From: Atopobiaceae bacterium
GTDB taxonomy: Bacteria > Actinomycetota > Coriobacteriia > Coriobacteriales > Atopobiaceae
Assembly (NCBI GenBank): GCA_024691995.1
Contig: JAILNA010000003.1
Location: 100,926-124,925 of the forward strand
Direction of reading: 5' to 3'
Length of the DNA stretch: 24,000 nt
The notes under the pieces were generated by a model. The model was not told the origin of the DNA. It was given only the letters and a program-made list of their open reading frames with translations, and searched no databases. This document shows, piece after piece, positions 1 to 6,389 of this stretch (the stretch's first letter is position 1; each line of letters opens with the position of its first letter). The translations under genes and the position numbers were made by a program.

Positions 1-331
1 TTACGCGAAGCTCCTCGATGCGTGCCGAAGCATCATCGGGACCTGCCGCAATGGCGTTTACTAAAAGCGTATCAAAGCTCCGCCGCAGATCTTCATCGTA
101 TTCGCCCAATACTTTACGCACCAGTCGCAAAAAGAGCGCAAGATTGTCCCGCAGCTCGGCAGGAGCGTTAACGGCATCAATTACCGTACGTGCCGCTGCA
201 ATTTCTGCATCGCGACGCTCTACACCAAAATCTCCACGCCGCACGGCACCTCTGATATCGTCAAGGTCTTCCTTCACCGCACGAACATTTTCCCTGCTAG
301 AACGAATGCTGTCTATCTTAGCGTCAGACAT
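1..331 (-). CDS. hypothetical protein, N-terminal ~110 codons; gene continues past the left window edge
   Basis: Absent from the ORF track because it has no in-window stop. My reverse translation from ATG (331..329) gives MSDAKIDSIRSSRENVRAVKEDLDDIRGAVRRGDFGVERRDAEIAAARTVIDAV...ARIEELRV, open to position 1. A GAAGGGA Shine-Dalgarno-like element lies 8 nt upstream. An in-frame alternative ATG sits at 385 without an SD. The listed + ORF 18..359 (Arg/Ser-rich) is its antisense shadow. Family not recognised. Confidence 0.55.
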   Translation of the reverse strand, partial: MSDAKIDSIRSSRENVRAVKEDLDDIRGAVRRGDFGVERRDAEIAAARTVIDAVNAPAELRDNLALFLRLVRKVLGEYDEDLRRSFDTLLVNAIAAGPDDASARIEELRV

Positions 332-588
332 CACGTCGATCCCTTCGTGTCTGAGATAAGTCTCTTGCTCTTTTACTTTACTCATTTGTAACAGATTTCG
401 TGCAAAATTATGCTTTCTGTAACCAGATGTACATCGTGCCGTACAATCATACTAGTCTGTCGAGAAGAGCTTGAGTACAAACTCTTCTCGCCGGCAGGCA
501 ACACATAGCTCAAAGACGCACACATGGGCGCCCATTGCCGAGGTATACACACTGCTCGAAGACGTACTGAAAGGATTTTCGTCTGTTT

Positions 589-2007
589 ATGTTTGGTCGA
601 AAGCCACAGCCAACCGAAGTGCCCAAACACCGCACCCCTCGATACTCCGACAGGGCAATCGAAGCCGACCAGGACAAAGGTGCATCCGGCACTTTCACAT
701 CATTAGTTGGACATTGGTGGGATCGGGTTATCTCGTCCATCTTCTCCGGAGGCCTTGCTCAGCAGAGCGCACAATATCTTGCTCACCAAACCAAACGCGA
801 TTATTTGGCCAACATCGTAGGACAGAGTTCTTGGGGTGCACTTTTTCCCTTACTTACCGTTGTCTGCTCACAGCTTGTGGGAGTAGAGCAAGCGGGTCTT
901 TTTTCGATGGCCTTTGTTGTAGGTATGCTTTTACTCTTTGTCGCTCAATATGGGGTACGGACATTTCAGGTTTCCGACCTTGACGAGATGCAGTCGTTTT
1001 CCGATTATCAGGCGCAACGTCTTGTAACCTGTATTGGCATGGTACTTGCCGGGCTCATGTGGTGTTTTCTCCGTGGCTATGGTGAGCCCATGTTTTCCAT
1101 TTGCACCGGCATGTTTGCGTTTCGTTTTGCCGATGGTATGGCTGACGTATATGAGGGTCGCCTTCAGCAAAAAGATAAGCTCTATCTTGCCGGTATTTCT
1201 CAGGCACTGCGTTGTATCTTGGGATTTTTAACGTTCAGTATGGTGCTGCTTATCACAAGAAATCTTACATGGGCCACATGGGCAATGGGTCTGACGGCAC
1301 TGCTCACCCTTGTTGCGGTTACCATACCTCTGGCGCTTCTCGAGACCGAAAAAAGCACGCCGCTCACTCTCAGAGGCATTAAGAGGATTTTTGTACAATG
1401 TTGGCCACTCTTTTTGGGCCTCTTTTTGTATAACCTTATTGACTCTATTCCTAAGTTTGCCATGGAAAGCTCTCTTTCCTATGACAACCAACTCTACTTC
1501 AATGCCCTATACTTCCCTGCGCATATGATTTTAATGCTATCAATTTTGATATATCGACCGCAGCTTGTTCGACTTGCCAACATCTGGGAAAATCCCGACT
1601 CCAGGCACCGGTTTGGCCTCGTAGTACTTGCAATGCTTGGTGTCATTATTCTCATTACTGCGGCTACGGTACTTTTTGTTGACAGCATTGGCATTCCGCT
1701 TAATACCTTCTTGTATGGCGTTGATTTTGAATCATATAGAGGTCTGGCGCGCGTGATGGTTATTACGGGCGGCATCTGCGCCGGTATCGACTATCTCTAC
1801 CAAATTATTACGATTTTGCGCGCGCAGAAGAGCGTAACCCGAATTTATCTCATCTCAGTCATCATTGCCGTTCCCGTTGTCTTTATGACGGTGAGCTTTG
1901 ATGGACTAAACGGTGCCGTCATCGGAAGCTTTACCAGCATGTCGATTCTCTTCTTATTACTGATAAGTGACTACATCAGTCTTCGACACCGTCAACGCCA
2001 CGAATAA
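589..2007 (+). CDS. polytopic membrane protein, MOP/Wzx-like polysaccharide (lipid-linked oligosaccharide) flippase family
   Basis: 472-aa ORF with ATG at 589. It has a polar ~60-aa N-terminus followed by about a dozen hydrophobic segments, a layout typical of Wzx-type 'polysaccharide biosynthesis protein' flippases. A strong terminator follows immediately. The family call is by resemblance only. Confidence 0.6.
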   Translation: MFGRKPQPTEVPKHRTPRYSDRAIEADQDKGASGTFTSLVGHWWDRVISSIFSGGLAQQSAQYLAHQTKRDYLANIVGQSSWGALFPLLTVVCSQLVGVEQAGLFSMAFVVGMLLLFVAQYGVRTFQVSDLDEMQSFSDYQAQRLVTCIGMVLAGLMWCFLRGYGEPMFSICTGMFAFRFADGMADVYEGRLQQKDKLYLAGISQALRCILGFLTFSMVLLITRNLTWATWAMGLTALLTLVAVTIPLALLETEKSTPLTLRGIKRIFVQCWPLFLGLFLYNLIDSIPKFAMESSLSYDNQLYFNALYFPAHMILMLSILIYRPQLVRLANIWENPDSRHRFGLVVLAMLGVIILITAATVLFVDSIGIPLNTFLYGVDFESYRGLARVMVITGGICAGIDYLYQIITILRAQKSVTRIYLISVIIAVPVVFMTVSFDGLNGAVIGSFTSMSILFLLLISDYISLRHRQRHE

Positions 2008-2022
2008 ATACAAGTACGCGAG

Positions 2023-2054
2023 AAGCCCGGGCATCTGTCGCCCGGGCTTTTCTT
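2023..2054 (+). terminator. Rho-independent terminator after the flippase-like gene
   Basis: Perfect 10-bp stem aagcccgggc / gcccgggctt (2023..2032 and 2040..2049), 7-nt loop atctgtc, then a ttctt tail. It lies between convergent gene ends at 2007 and 2097. Confidence 0.85.
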
Positions 2055-2096
2055 ACAGCACAGCTCACACTAATTGACTTGATTTACTGACTTAAT

Positions 2097-2420
2097 TTAG
2101 AAAGAGCAACCTCCACCAATAGTGCAAGATCCGCCGGCAGGTGCTGCGTCGTTCTTCTCGCTTGAATCCACATGGTCAACATCAAATGTTTTACTCAGAT
2201 AGGCAATGATGTCGTTTGACTCATACATCGCAGTGCCGTCAATGAAAAGGCACGGCACCTGACGCTTGCCGCCGACCTCAATGAGGCGATTACGAGCAGC
2301 TTCATCGGAGTCAATATCATGCAGAGGAAGCTCAATATTGTGATCCTTCATAAATGAAAGGACCTTGTGGCAATACGGGCAGGTAGGCTTAAAGAAAAGC
2401 TCTAGAGTAGGAGTAGCCAT
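2097..2420 (-). CDS. glutaredoxin-like protein (CPYC active site) with an unusual Gly/Cys C-terminal tail
   Basis: The ORF 2097..2447 contains MATPTLELFFKPTCPYCHKVLSFMKDHNIELPLHDIDSDEAARNRLIEVGGKRQVPCLFIDG, a thioredoxin-fold CPYC glutaredoxin pattern. I prefer the ATG at 2420 (MATPT...) over 2447. A 28-aa tail follows the fold: DVDHVDSSEKNDAAPAGGSCTIGGGCSF. Confidence 0.85.
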   Translation of the reverse strand: MATPTLELFFKPTCPYCHKVLSFMKDHNIELPLHDIDSDEAARNRLIEVGGKRQVPCLFIDGTAMYESNDIIAYLSKTFDVDHVDSSEKNDAAPAGGSCTIGGGCSF

Positions 2421-2697
2421 AATAGCTCGCTTTCTTCTATACAGCACGCATGGCTGAGTGTTTCAATACATCCCTCATATACCCGCTTCAGGTCAAGCCT
2501 TTCAGGCATTCTCGTCTTGAGGTAACGTTTACCGCAAAATAAGGTAGGATCACCGATGGACTGTGCGCATCTCATACAAAAAGTTATACACTTTTCTATA
2601 ATTTGTCGGCTTATCAGCTTGTCGGCAGCAAGGCAGGCAACCGGTTGCACGGATAAAACAACGCGGCACCTGCAAATTTGCGTCAAAAGGAGAGAAG

Positions 2698-3696
2698 ATG
2701 TTGTTCAACGTATATGGAGACCATGCCATCTTTCAGTGGCTTGGCTGGATTGCGGTCTTTGTAGCGCTTATCGTCACCAACGAAATTGCACGACGCTCAA
2801 AGGCGGGCGGCATTTTTATGTTTGTTGTCCTACCGCTTGCCATGACCATCTATTGCATTGCAATTGCGGTCGGCGTAGCAAACGGACAGGAATGGGCCAT
2901 CAACAATCCAACCAACGTCTACCAAAACAGCTGGTTCCATTATGCCAAGGTATATGCAGCGCTTACCGGCTGCCTCGGATTTATGGTCATTAAATATCAC
3001 TGGGGGAAGCTCGGCAAAGCACACTGGTTTAAGGCATTTCCTTTTGTCATCGTTGCCATCAATATTTTGATTGCCGTCGTCTCCGACTTTGAAAGTGCAT
3101 ATCACTTCTTTGCACTTGGCGAGCAGACTTGGGTCACCTCAGAAGGCGCTACTCAGGTTGCCGGCTGGAACAACGTGTTTAACGGCATCGCCGGACTCTT
3201 GAACATCTTCTGCATGACCGCTTGGTGGAGCGTCTATACCTCCAAAGATGAGCGCGACATGCTTTGGCCCGATATGACCTGGGTCTTCATCATCGCGTAC
3301 GATATCTGGAATTTCTGCTACACCTATAACTGCCTGCCGCATCACGCATTCTTCTGCGGCTTTGCACTTCTTCTTGCTCCAACGGTCGCCAACGCTCTGT
3401 GGAACAAGGGTGGCTGGATTCAGAATCGTGCAAACACGCTGGCCATCTGGTGCATGTTTGCTCAGGTCTTCCCTGCCTTCCAAGAGAACAGCGTATTCGT
3501 GACTCATTCGGTACTCAATTACAACACCAATGTCATTGTGTCCGTCATTGCACTGATAGCGAATATTCTGGCACTTGGCTATATCATTTACCGCTCTAAG
3601 ATGCAGGACATCAACCCCTACACGCACGATGTCTTCCGTGGTACTCGCGATTTTGAACAGGCAGTCGCCCGTATTGCTCCCGGTGAGATGGAGTAG
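2698..3696 (+). CDS. Trp-rich polytopic membrane protein of unknown function
   Basis: 332-aa ORF with ATG at 2698 and an AAGGAG SD at 2687..2692. It has multiple hydrophobic helices and 16 Trp by my count. I recognise no catalytic or transporter signature motif. The antisense ORF 3139..3813 is rejected. Confidence 0.8.
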   Translation: MLFNVYGDHAIFQWLGWIAVFVALIVTNEIARRSKAGGIFMFVVLPLAMTIYCIAIAVGVANGQEWAINNPTNVYQNSWFHYAKVYAALTGCLGFMVIKYHWGKLGKAHWFKAFPFVIVAINILIAVVSDFESAYHFFALGEQTWVTSEGATQVAGWNNVFNGIAGLLNIFCMTAWWSVYTSKDERDMLWPDMTWVFIIAYDIWNFCYTYNCLPHHAFFCGFALLLAPTVANALWNKGGWIQNRANTLAIWCMFAQVFPAFQENSVFVTHSVLNYNTNVIVSVIALIANILALGYIIYRSKMQDINPYTHDVFRGTRDFEQAVARIAPGEME

Positions 3697-3763
3697 AGTC
3701 CAGGCATTCCTCTCGGATAGCTTGAAGACTACCCTGCCATCAGCATTTGTTATCTGCACTAAG

Positions 3764-3793
3764 ATATCCGGCTTGCACATGCAGGCCGGATAT
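3764..3793 (+). other. stem-loop between the membrane-protein gene and msrA (weak terminator or processing hairpin)
   Basis: atatccggc (3764..3772) pairs with gccggatat (3785..3793), and pairing extends into the loop with one mismatch. No U-tract follows, so a terminator function is not supported strongly. Confidence 0.3.
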
Positions 3794-3834
3794 GTCATAT
3801 GTATTACATTCATTTCGGCGTACTGAGGAGTGTC

Positions 3835-4332
3835 ATGTCAGAGATTTACCTTGCGGGCGGATGTTTTTGGGGACTCGAAGAATACTTCTCTCGCATTAAC
3901 GGCGTCACAAAAACCACCGTCGGGTATGCAAATGGAACCACCGAGGCTACCGACTATCAGCAGGTACATACTACCGATCATGCGGAAACCGTCCATGTTA
4001 CCTATGATGAAGCCATAATTTCTCTTACGGATATTTTGCGTTATTACTTTCGCGTTATTGATCCTCTCTCAATTAACAAACAGGGTAACGATGTTGGACG
4101 ACAGTATCGCACGGGTATTTACTACAGCGTGGATACAGACCTTCCGGTCATCAATAGAGTTGTCGCAGGCCAAAAGAAAAAGCTTGGTACTGAGCTTGCC
4201 GTGGAAATTGAGCCGCTTCGTAACTACATTCTTGCCGAGGATTACCACCAAGACTATCTCAAGAAAAACCCTGGCGGTTACTGTCATATTGATGTCAACA
4301 AAGCACATCAGCCGTTGACTCCAGAGGAATAG
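3835..4332 (+). CDS. msrA: peptide-methionine (S)-S-oxide reductase MsrA
   Basis: MSEIYLAGGCFWGLEEYF carries the catalytic GCFWG motif, with YRTGIYY, DYHQDYL and GGYCH downstream. I chose the ATG at 3835, which has a GAGGAG SD at 3825..3830, over the track start at 3799. Confidence 0.95.
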   Translation: MSEIYLAGGCFWGLEEYFSRINGVTKTTVGYANGTTEATDYQQVHTTDHAETVHVTYDEAIISLTDILRYYFRVIDPLSINKQGNDVGRQYRTGIYYSVDTDLPVINRVVAGQKKKLGTELAVEIEPLRNYILAEDYHQDYLKKNPGGYCHIDVNKAHQPLTPEE

Positions 4333-4358
4333 AGTTTGGAGAGAAAAACCACCAGAAA

Positions 4359-4494
4359 TCACCGGTAAACTTAACTTTTAAAAATTCTGCTCTGATTTCA
4401 CGGTTTACGGGTGACTCTAAAGGTCAAAAGAGATGTTTAGTGGTAGTTTTTCTCGAATTTGAGCGTTTAGTGGTGAATCAAATCACCCGTAAAC
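4359..4494. repeat. five copies of a 12-nt motif GTTTA(C/G)(G/T/C)GGTGA in both orientations
   Basis: A1 tcaccggtaaac 4359..4370 (inverted); A2 gtttacgggtga 4403..4414; A3 gtttagtggta 4435..4445; A4 gtttagtggtga 4465..4476; A5 tcacccgtaaac 4483..4494 (inverted). A2 is the exact reverse complement of A5. Confidence 0.8.
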
Positions 4495-4669
4495 ATCCAG
4501 TTTGGTACCAATCCGCTGTCTCATATGAAAAGCACAACTAAAGCAAAACGCTTGGCTGCAGATTTGCAGACAGCTGTTGATGCACAATTTCAACGATCAC
4601 GAGAAGACCTTACGAGCATGATCATACTGCCTAGCGCTGCTAGAAATGCGCCAAGTATGGCTTGGACTG

Positions 4670-4751
4670 CCATACTTACTGCAAGTTTGGTATATATGAA
4701 CCATACTTGCTGCAAGTATGGTTAATCGTGCCCAACTTGCTGCAAGTTTGG
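4670..4751. repeat. three tandem 21-bp palindromes CCATACTTGCTGCAAGTATGG spaced 30-31 bp apart
   Basis: ccatacttactgcaagtttgg 4670..4690; ccatacttgctgcaagtatgg 4701..4721 (perfect 10+1+10 palindrome); cccaacttgctgcaagtttgg 4731..4751. A related half-site ccaagtatgg lies at 4651..4660. Confidence 0.85.
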
Positions 4752-4810
4752 CAGCGCTGTTCTGGCAGCGCTATTATGACGACACCAACTTGGCGCATTT
4801 TTGGCAGCGC
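4749..4810. repeat. three direct copies of TGGCAGCGC
   Basis: tggcagcgc occurs at 4749..4757, 4763..4771 and 4802..4810. The first copy overlaps the last palindrome. The motif contains the palindrome CAGCGCTG/AGCGCT. Confidence 0.6.
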
Positions 4811-4857
4811 CATTCCGACAGCACTAAGGCAAGCAAAGAGCTTCAAGCATCTCACAC

Positions 4858-4887
4858 AAAAAAGGTAGCCGCCATAAAGCGACTACC
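4858..4887 (-). terminator. Rho-independent terminator downstream of tRNA-Thr
   Basis: On the minus strand: ggtagtcgc / tttatg / gcggctacc, a 9-bp stem with one G-U pair, followed by tttttt (forward a-run 4858..4863). It begins 11 nt after the tRNA CCA end. Confidence 0.85.
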
Positions 4888-4897
4888 TGCAATTTCA

Positions 4898-4973
4898 TGG
4901 AGCCAGCTACCAGACTTGAACTGGTGACCCCCGCTTTACGAGAGCGGTGCTCTACCAACTGAGCTAAGCTGGC
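4898..4973 (-). tRNA. tRNA-Thr (anticodon CGU), CCA encoded
   Basis: The reverse complement reads GCCAGCTTAGCTCAGTTGGTAGAGCACCGCTCTCGTAAAGCGGGGGTCACCAGTTCAAGTCTGGTAGCTGGCTCCA. It folds as a cloverleaf: 7-bp acceptor GCCAGCT/AGCTGGC, D arm GCTC/GAGC, anticodon stem CCGCT/AGCGG with loop CTCGTAA, and T arm ACCAG/CTGGT with loop TTCAAGT. Confidence 0.95.
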
Positions 4974-5066
4974 ACACGATACGTTGTAAGGTCTCTTAAG
5001 ACAAACCGTACAAGCATGTGCGGCTAACAACTATACGGGGAACACCGGCGCATTTCAAGCCATAAT

Positions 5067-6257
5067 TTAGAGAAGACGCAAAATACCCCTCACAAGCCGC
5101 TCAAAATCATCCGCGTAGTGCTCGGCTGCTTCAAGAACGCTCTTGTGCGTAGTACCCCGAGCACCGGCGGGATTGGCAGCCAGTGTAAGCCCCAACACAT
5201 TCATGTTCAGCGCGCGAGCCATAATAACTTCAAGCGCCGTTGAAACGCCTGTGTACGAGACATTCATGGCTCGTAGCATATTCACTTCTGCCGGTGTCTC
5301 AAAGTTAGGGCCGAGAAGACCGGCAAAAATTCCTTCCTCTACCGTAATACCCAGATCGTCGGCCACGCCTCGTGCAAGCGTACGGAGATAGGGAGAATAC
5401 GCATCATTCATATCAACAAAGGGAGTTTCAACATTCTTGAGGCCGGCCCACTCAGCAAGAGGATTGGTACCGGTAAGGTTAATCTGATCGGTAATAATAC
5501 CAAGACCGGTACCGGCATTTCCCGGAACGGCTCCCGTGGCACCTGCAAAAATGATATCGCGACAGCCCAAATGATGTGCGTGCTGCACTAACGCCGTTAC
5601 TTCGGCTGCAGAATATCCCTGGTAGAGATGTACGCGACCCGGATACACCACAACGGGAACGCCGTCAATGGTTCCTATGGTAGCCTCAAAGCTATGTCCG
5701 GTAACCGGTTGAGCATCTACCGGAAATCCCTCAATATCACGGTAATCAATGCGACGCACCGGCTTCACGAGGTTTGCTAAATGTCCAAGACCGGTTCCCA
5801 ACACAAGAGCAACAGGATGCTCAACGGATGGCTTTATCTCTTCAACGGTCTTCTCAGTAACCACACAAATCCCCTCCTCTTTTAAGTGACGGGCAAAAAT
5901 ACCCTCACCGGGAATGAGTTTTCCTGAATATGTACCATCATAGACCTCATGCACGCCGCAAGACGGGCTTTTAGCCTTCAAAACGGCAAGCGTTGCTCCA
6001 AATTCTCTAGCGGTAGCAAGGGAGCAGAGCGCTCCTTTCTGAAAGCTATCAGTAACCTCGGTGCCGTCCTTAAGCCATATACGGCCATCCCGCTGTTCTG
6101 CAGGCGGACGTGGAGTTGGCAGTCCGGAGCGAACCTCCGGACACAAGTGCATTGCTTCAACTTTTGAAGCAAGCTCCTGAACCGCACGAGATGTTTTTGC
6201 ACCGCCATCATATCGAACAGGAAAGCCAAGCAGACACGCGCTTATTACAACCTTCAT
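5067..6257 (-). CDS. fusion protein: N-terminal DUF523 (TudS-like, 3 conserved Cys) + C-terminal trimeric-type purine nucleoside phosphorylase (PNP/MTAP family)
   Basis: The N-terminal ~140 aa read MKVVISACLLGFPVRYDGG...HLCPE...GLPTPRPP...AKSPSCG...YDGT, which is the DUF523 pattern. The rest reads LVLGTGLG...VTGHS...GRVHLYQG...ITDQINLTGTNPL...LLGPNFETPAEVNMLR...GVSTALE...LAAN, which is the PunA-type PNP pattern. I prefer the ATG at 6257 because the hairpin at 6277..6314 covers the track start at 6293. Confidence 0.85.
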   Translation of the reverse strand: MKVVISACLLGFPVRYDGGAKTSRAVQELASKVEAMHLCPEVRSGLPTPRPPAEQRDGRIWLKDGTEVTDSFQKGALCSLATAREFGATLAVLKAKSPSCGVHEVYDGTYSGKLIPGEGIFARHLKEEGICVVTEKTVEEIKPSVEHPVALVLGTGLGHLANLVKPVRRIDYRDIEGFPVDAQPVTGHSFEATIGTIDGVPVVVYPGRVHLYQGYSAAEVTALVQHAHHLGCRDIIFAGATGAVPGNAGTGLGIITDQINLTGTNPLAEWAGLKNVETPFVDMNDAYSPYLRTLARGVADDLGITVEEGIFAGLLGPNFETPAEVNMLRAMNVSYTGVSTALEVIMARALNMNVLGLTLAANPAGARGTTHKSVLEAAEHYADDFERLVRGILRLL

Positions 6258-6276
6258 CACGCTTCCCATCTCCAAA

Positions 6277-6314
6277 ATAAAACCTGTAATCATGGTACTG
6301 ATTACAGGTTTTAT
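6277..6314 (-). terminator. 16-bp perfect stem-loop, probable terminator or attenuator between the SurA-like gene and the DUF523-PNP gene
   Basis: ataaaacctgtaatca (6277..6292) / loop tggtac / tgattacaggttttat (6299..6314). On the minus strand the stem ends in a U-rich run (ggttttattttgg). Confidence 0.55.
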
Positions 6315-6389
6315 GGATTAGTAGCTACATGATTTTGCCCTAAAAATTACACGACACACATCGCAGAGCATAAACCACCAAAACTCAGA

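Noticed and set aside
18-359. 113-aa + strand ORF at the left edge
   Set aside because: It has an Arg/Ser-rich low-complexity translation and no SD. It lies exactly antisense to a better minus-strand frame (MSDAKIDSIRSS...) that has an SD and stays open to the window edge.
3139-3813. 224-aa minus-strand ORF
   Set aside because: It lies fully antisense to the Trp-rich membrane protein gene, which has a strong SD and coherent transmembrane helices. The ORF has no SD and an unremarkable composition.
4394-4410. parS-like sequence gatttcacggtttac
   Set aside because: It shares only the TTTCACG half with the TGTTTCACGTGAAACA consensus, and the second half-site is missing.
4670-4751. Possible CRISPR array (three regularly spaced palindromic repeats)
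   Set aside because: The repeats are only 21 bp with ~10-bp spacers and there are only three units. No cas genes and no leader are present. The geometry fits operator or REP-like palindromes, not CRISPR.
4525-4927. Small ORFs in the msrA/tRNA spacer (4525..4725, 4662..4868, 4718..4927)
   Set aside because: None has an SD. Their apparent peptide repeats (LLQVW, FWQR) are just translations of the DNA palindromes and repeats, and the last one runs into the tRNA gene.
2097-4973. Integrated island at the 3' side of tRNA-Thr (grx, membrane protein, msrA)
   Set aside because: There is no integrase, excisionase or phage/ICE gene. I could not find a duplicated copy of the tRNA 3' end to serve as the second att site in the window. 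The genes look like housekeeping redox functions. Only the repeat clusters remain as a possible relic.
6258-6293. Track start codon 6293 (MITGFILEMGSV...) for the DUF523-PNP gene
   Set aside because: The ATG sits in the loop-proximal part of a 16-bp perfect hairpin (6277..6314). DUF523 proteins typically begin right at the M-K-x-x-I/V-S-A-C-L-L-G segment, which corresponds to the ATG at 6257.
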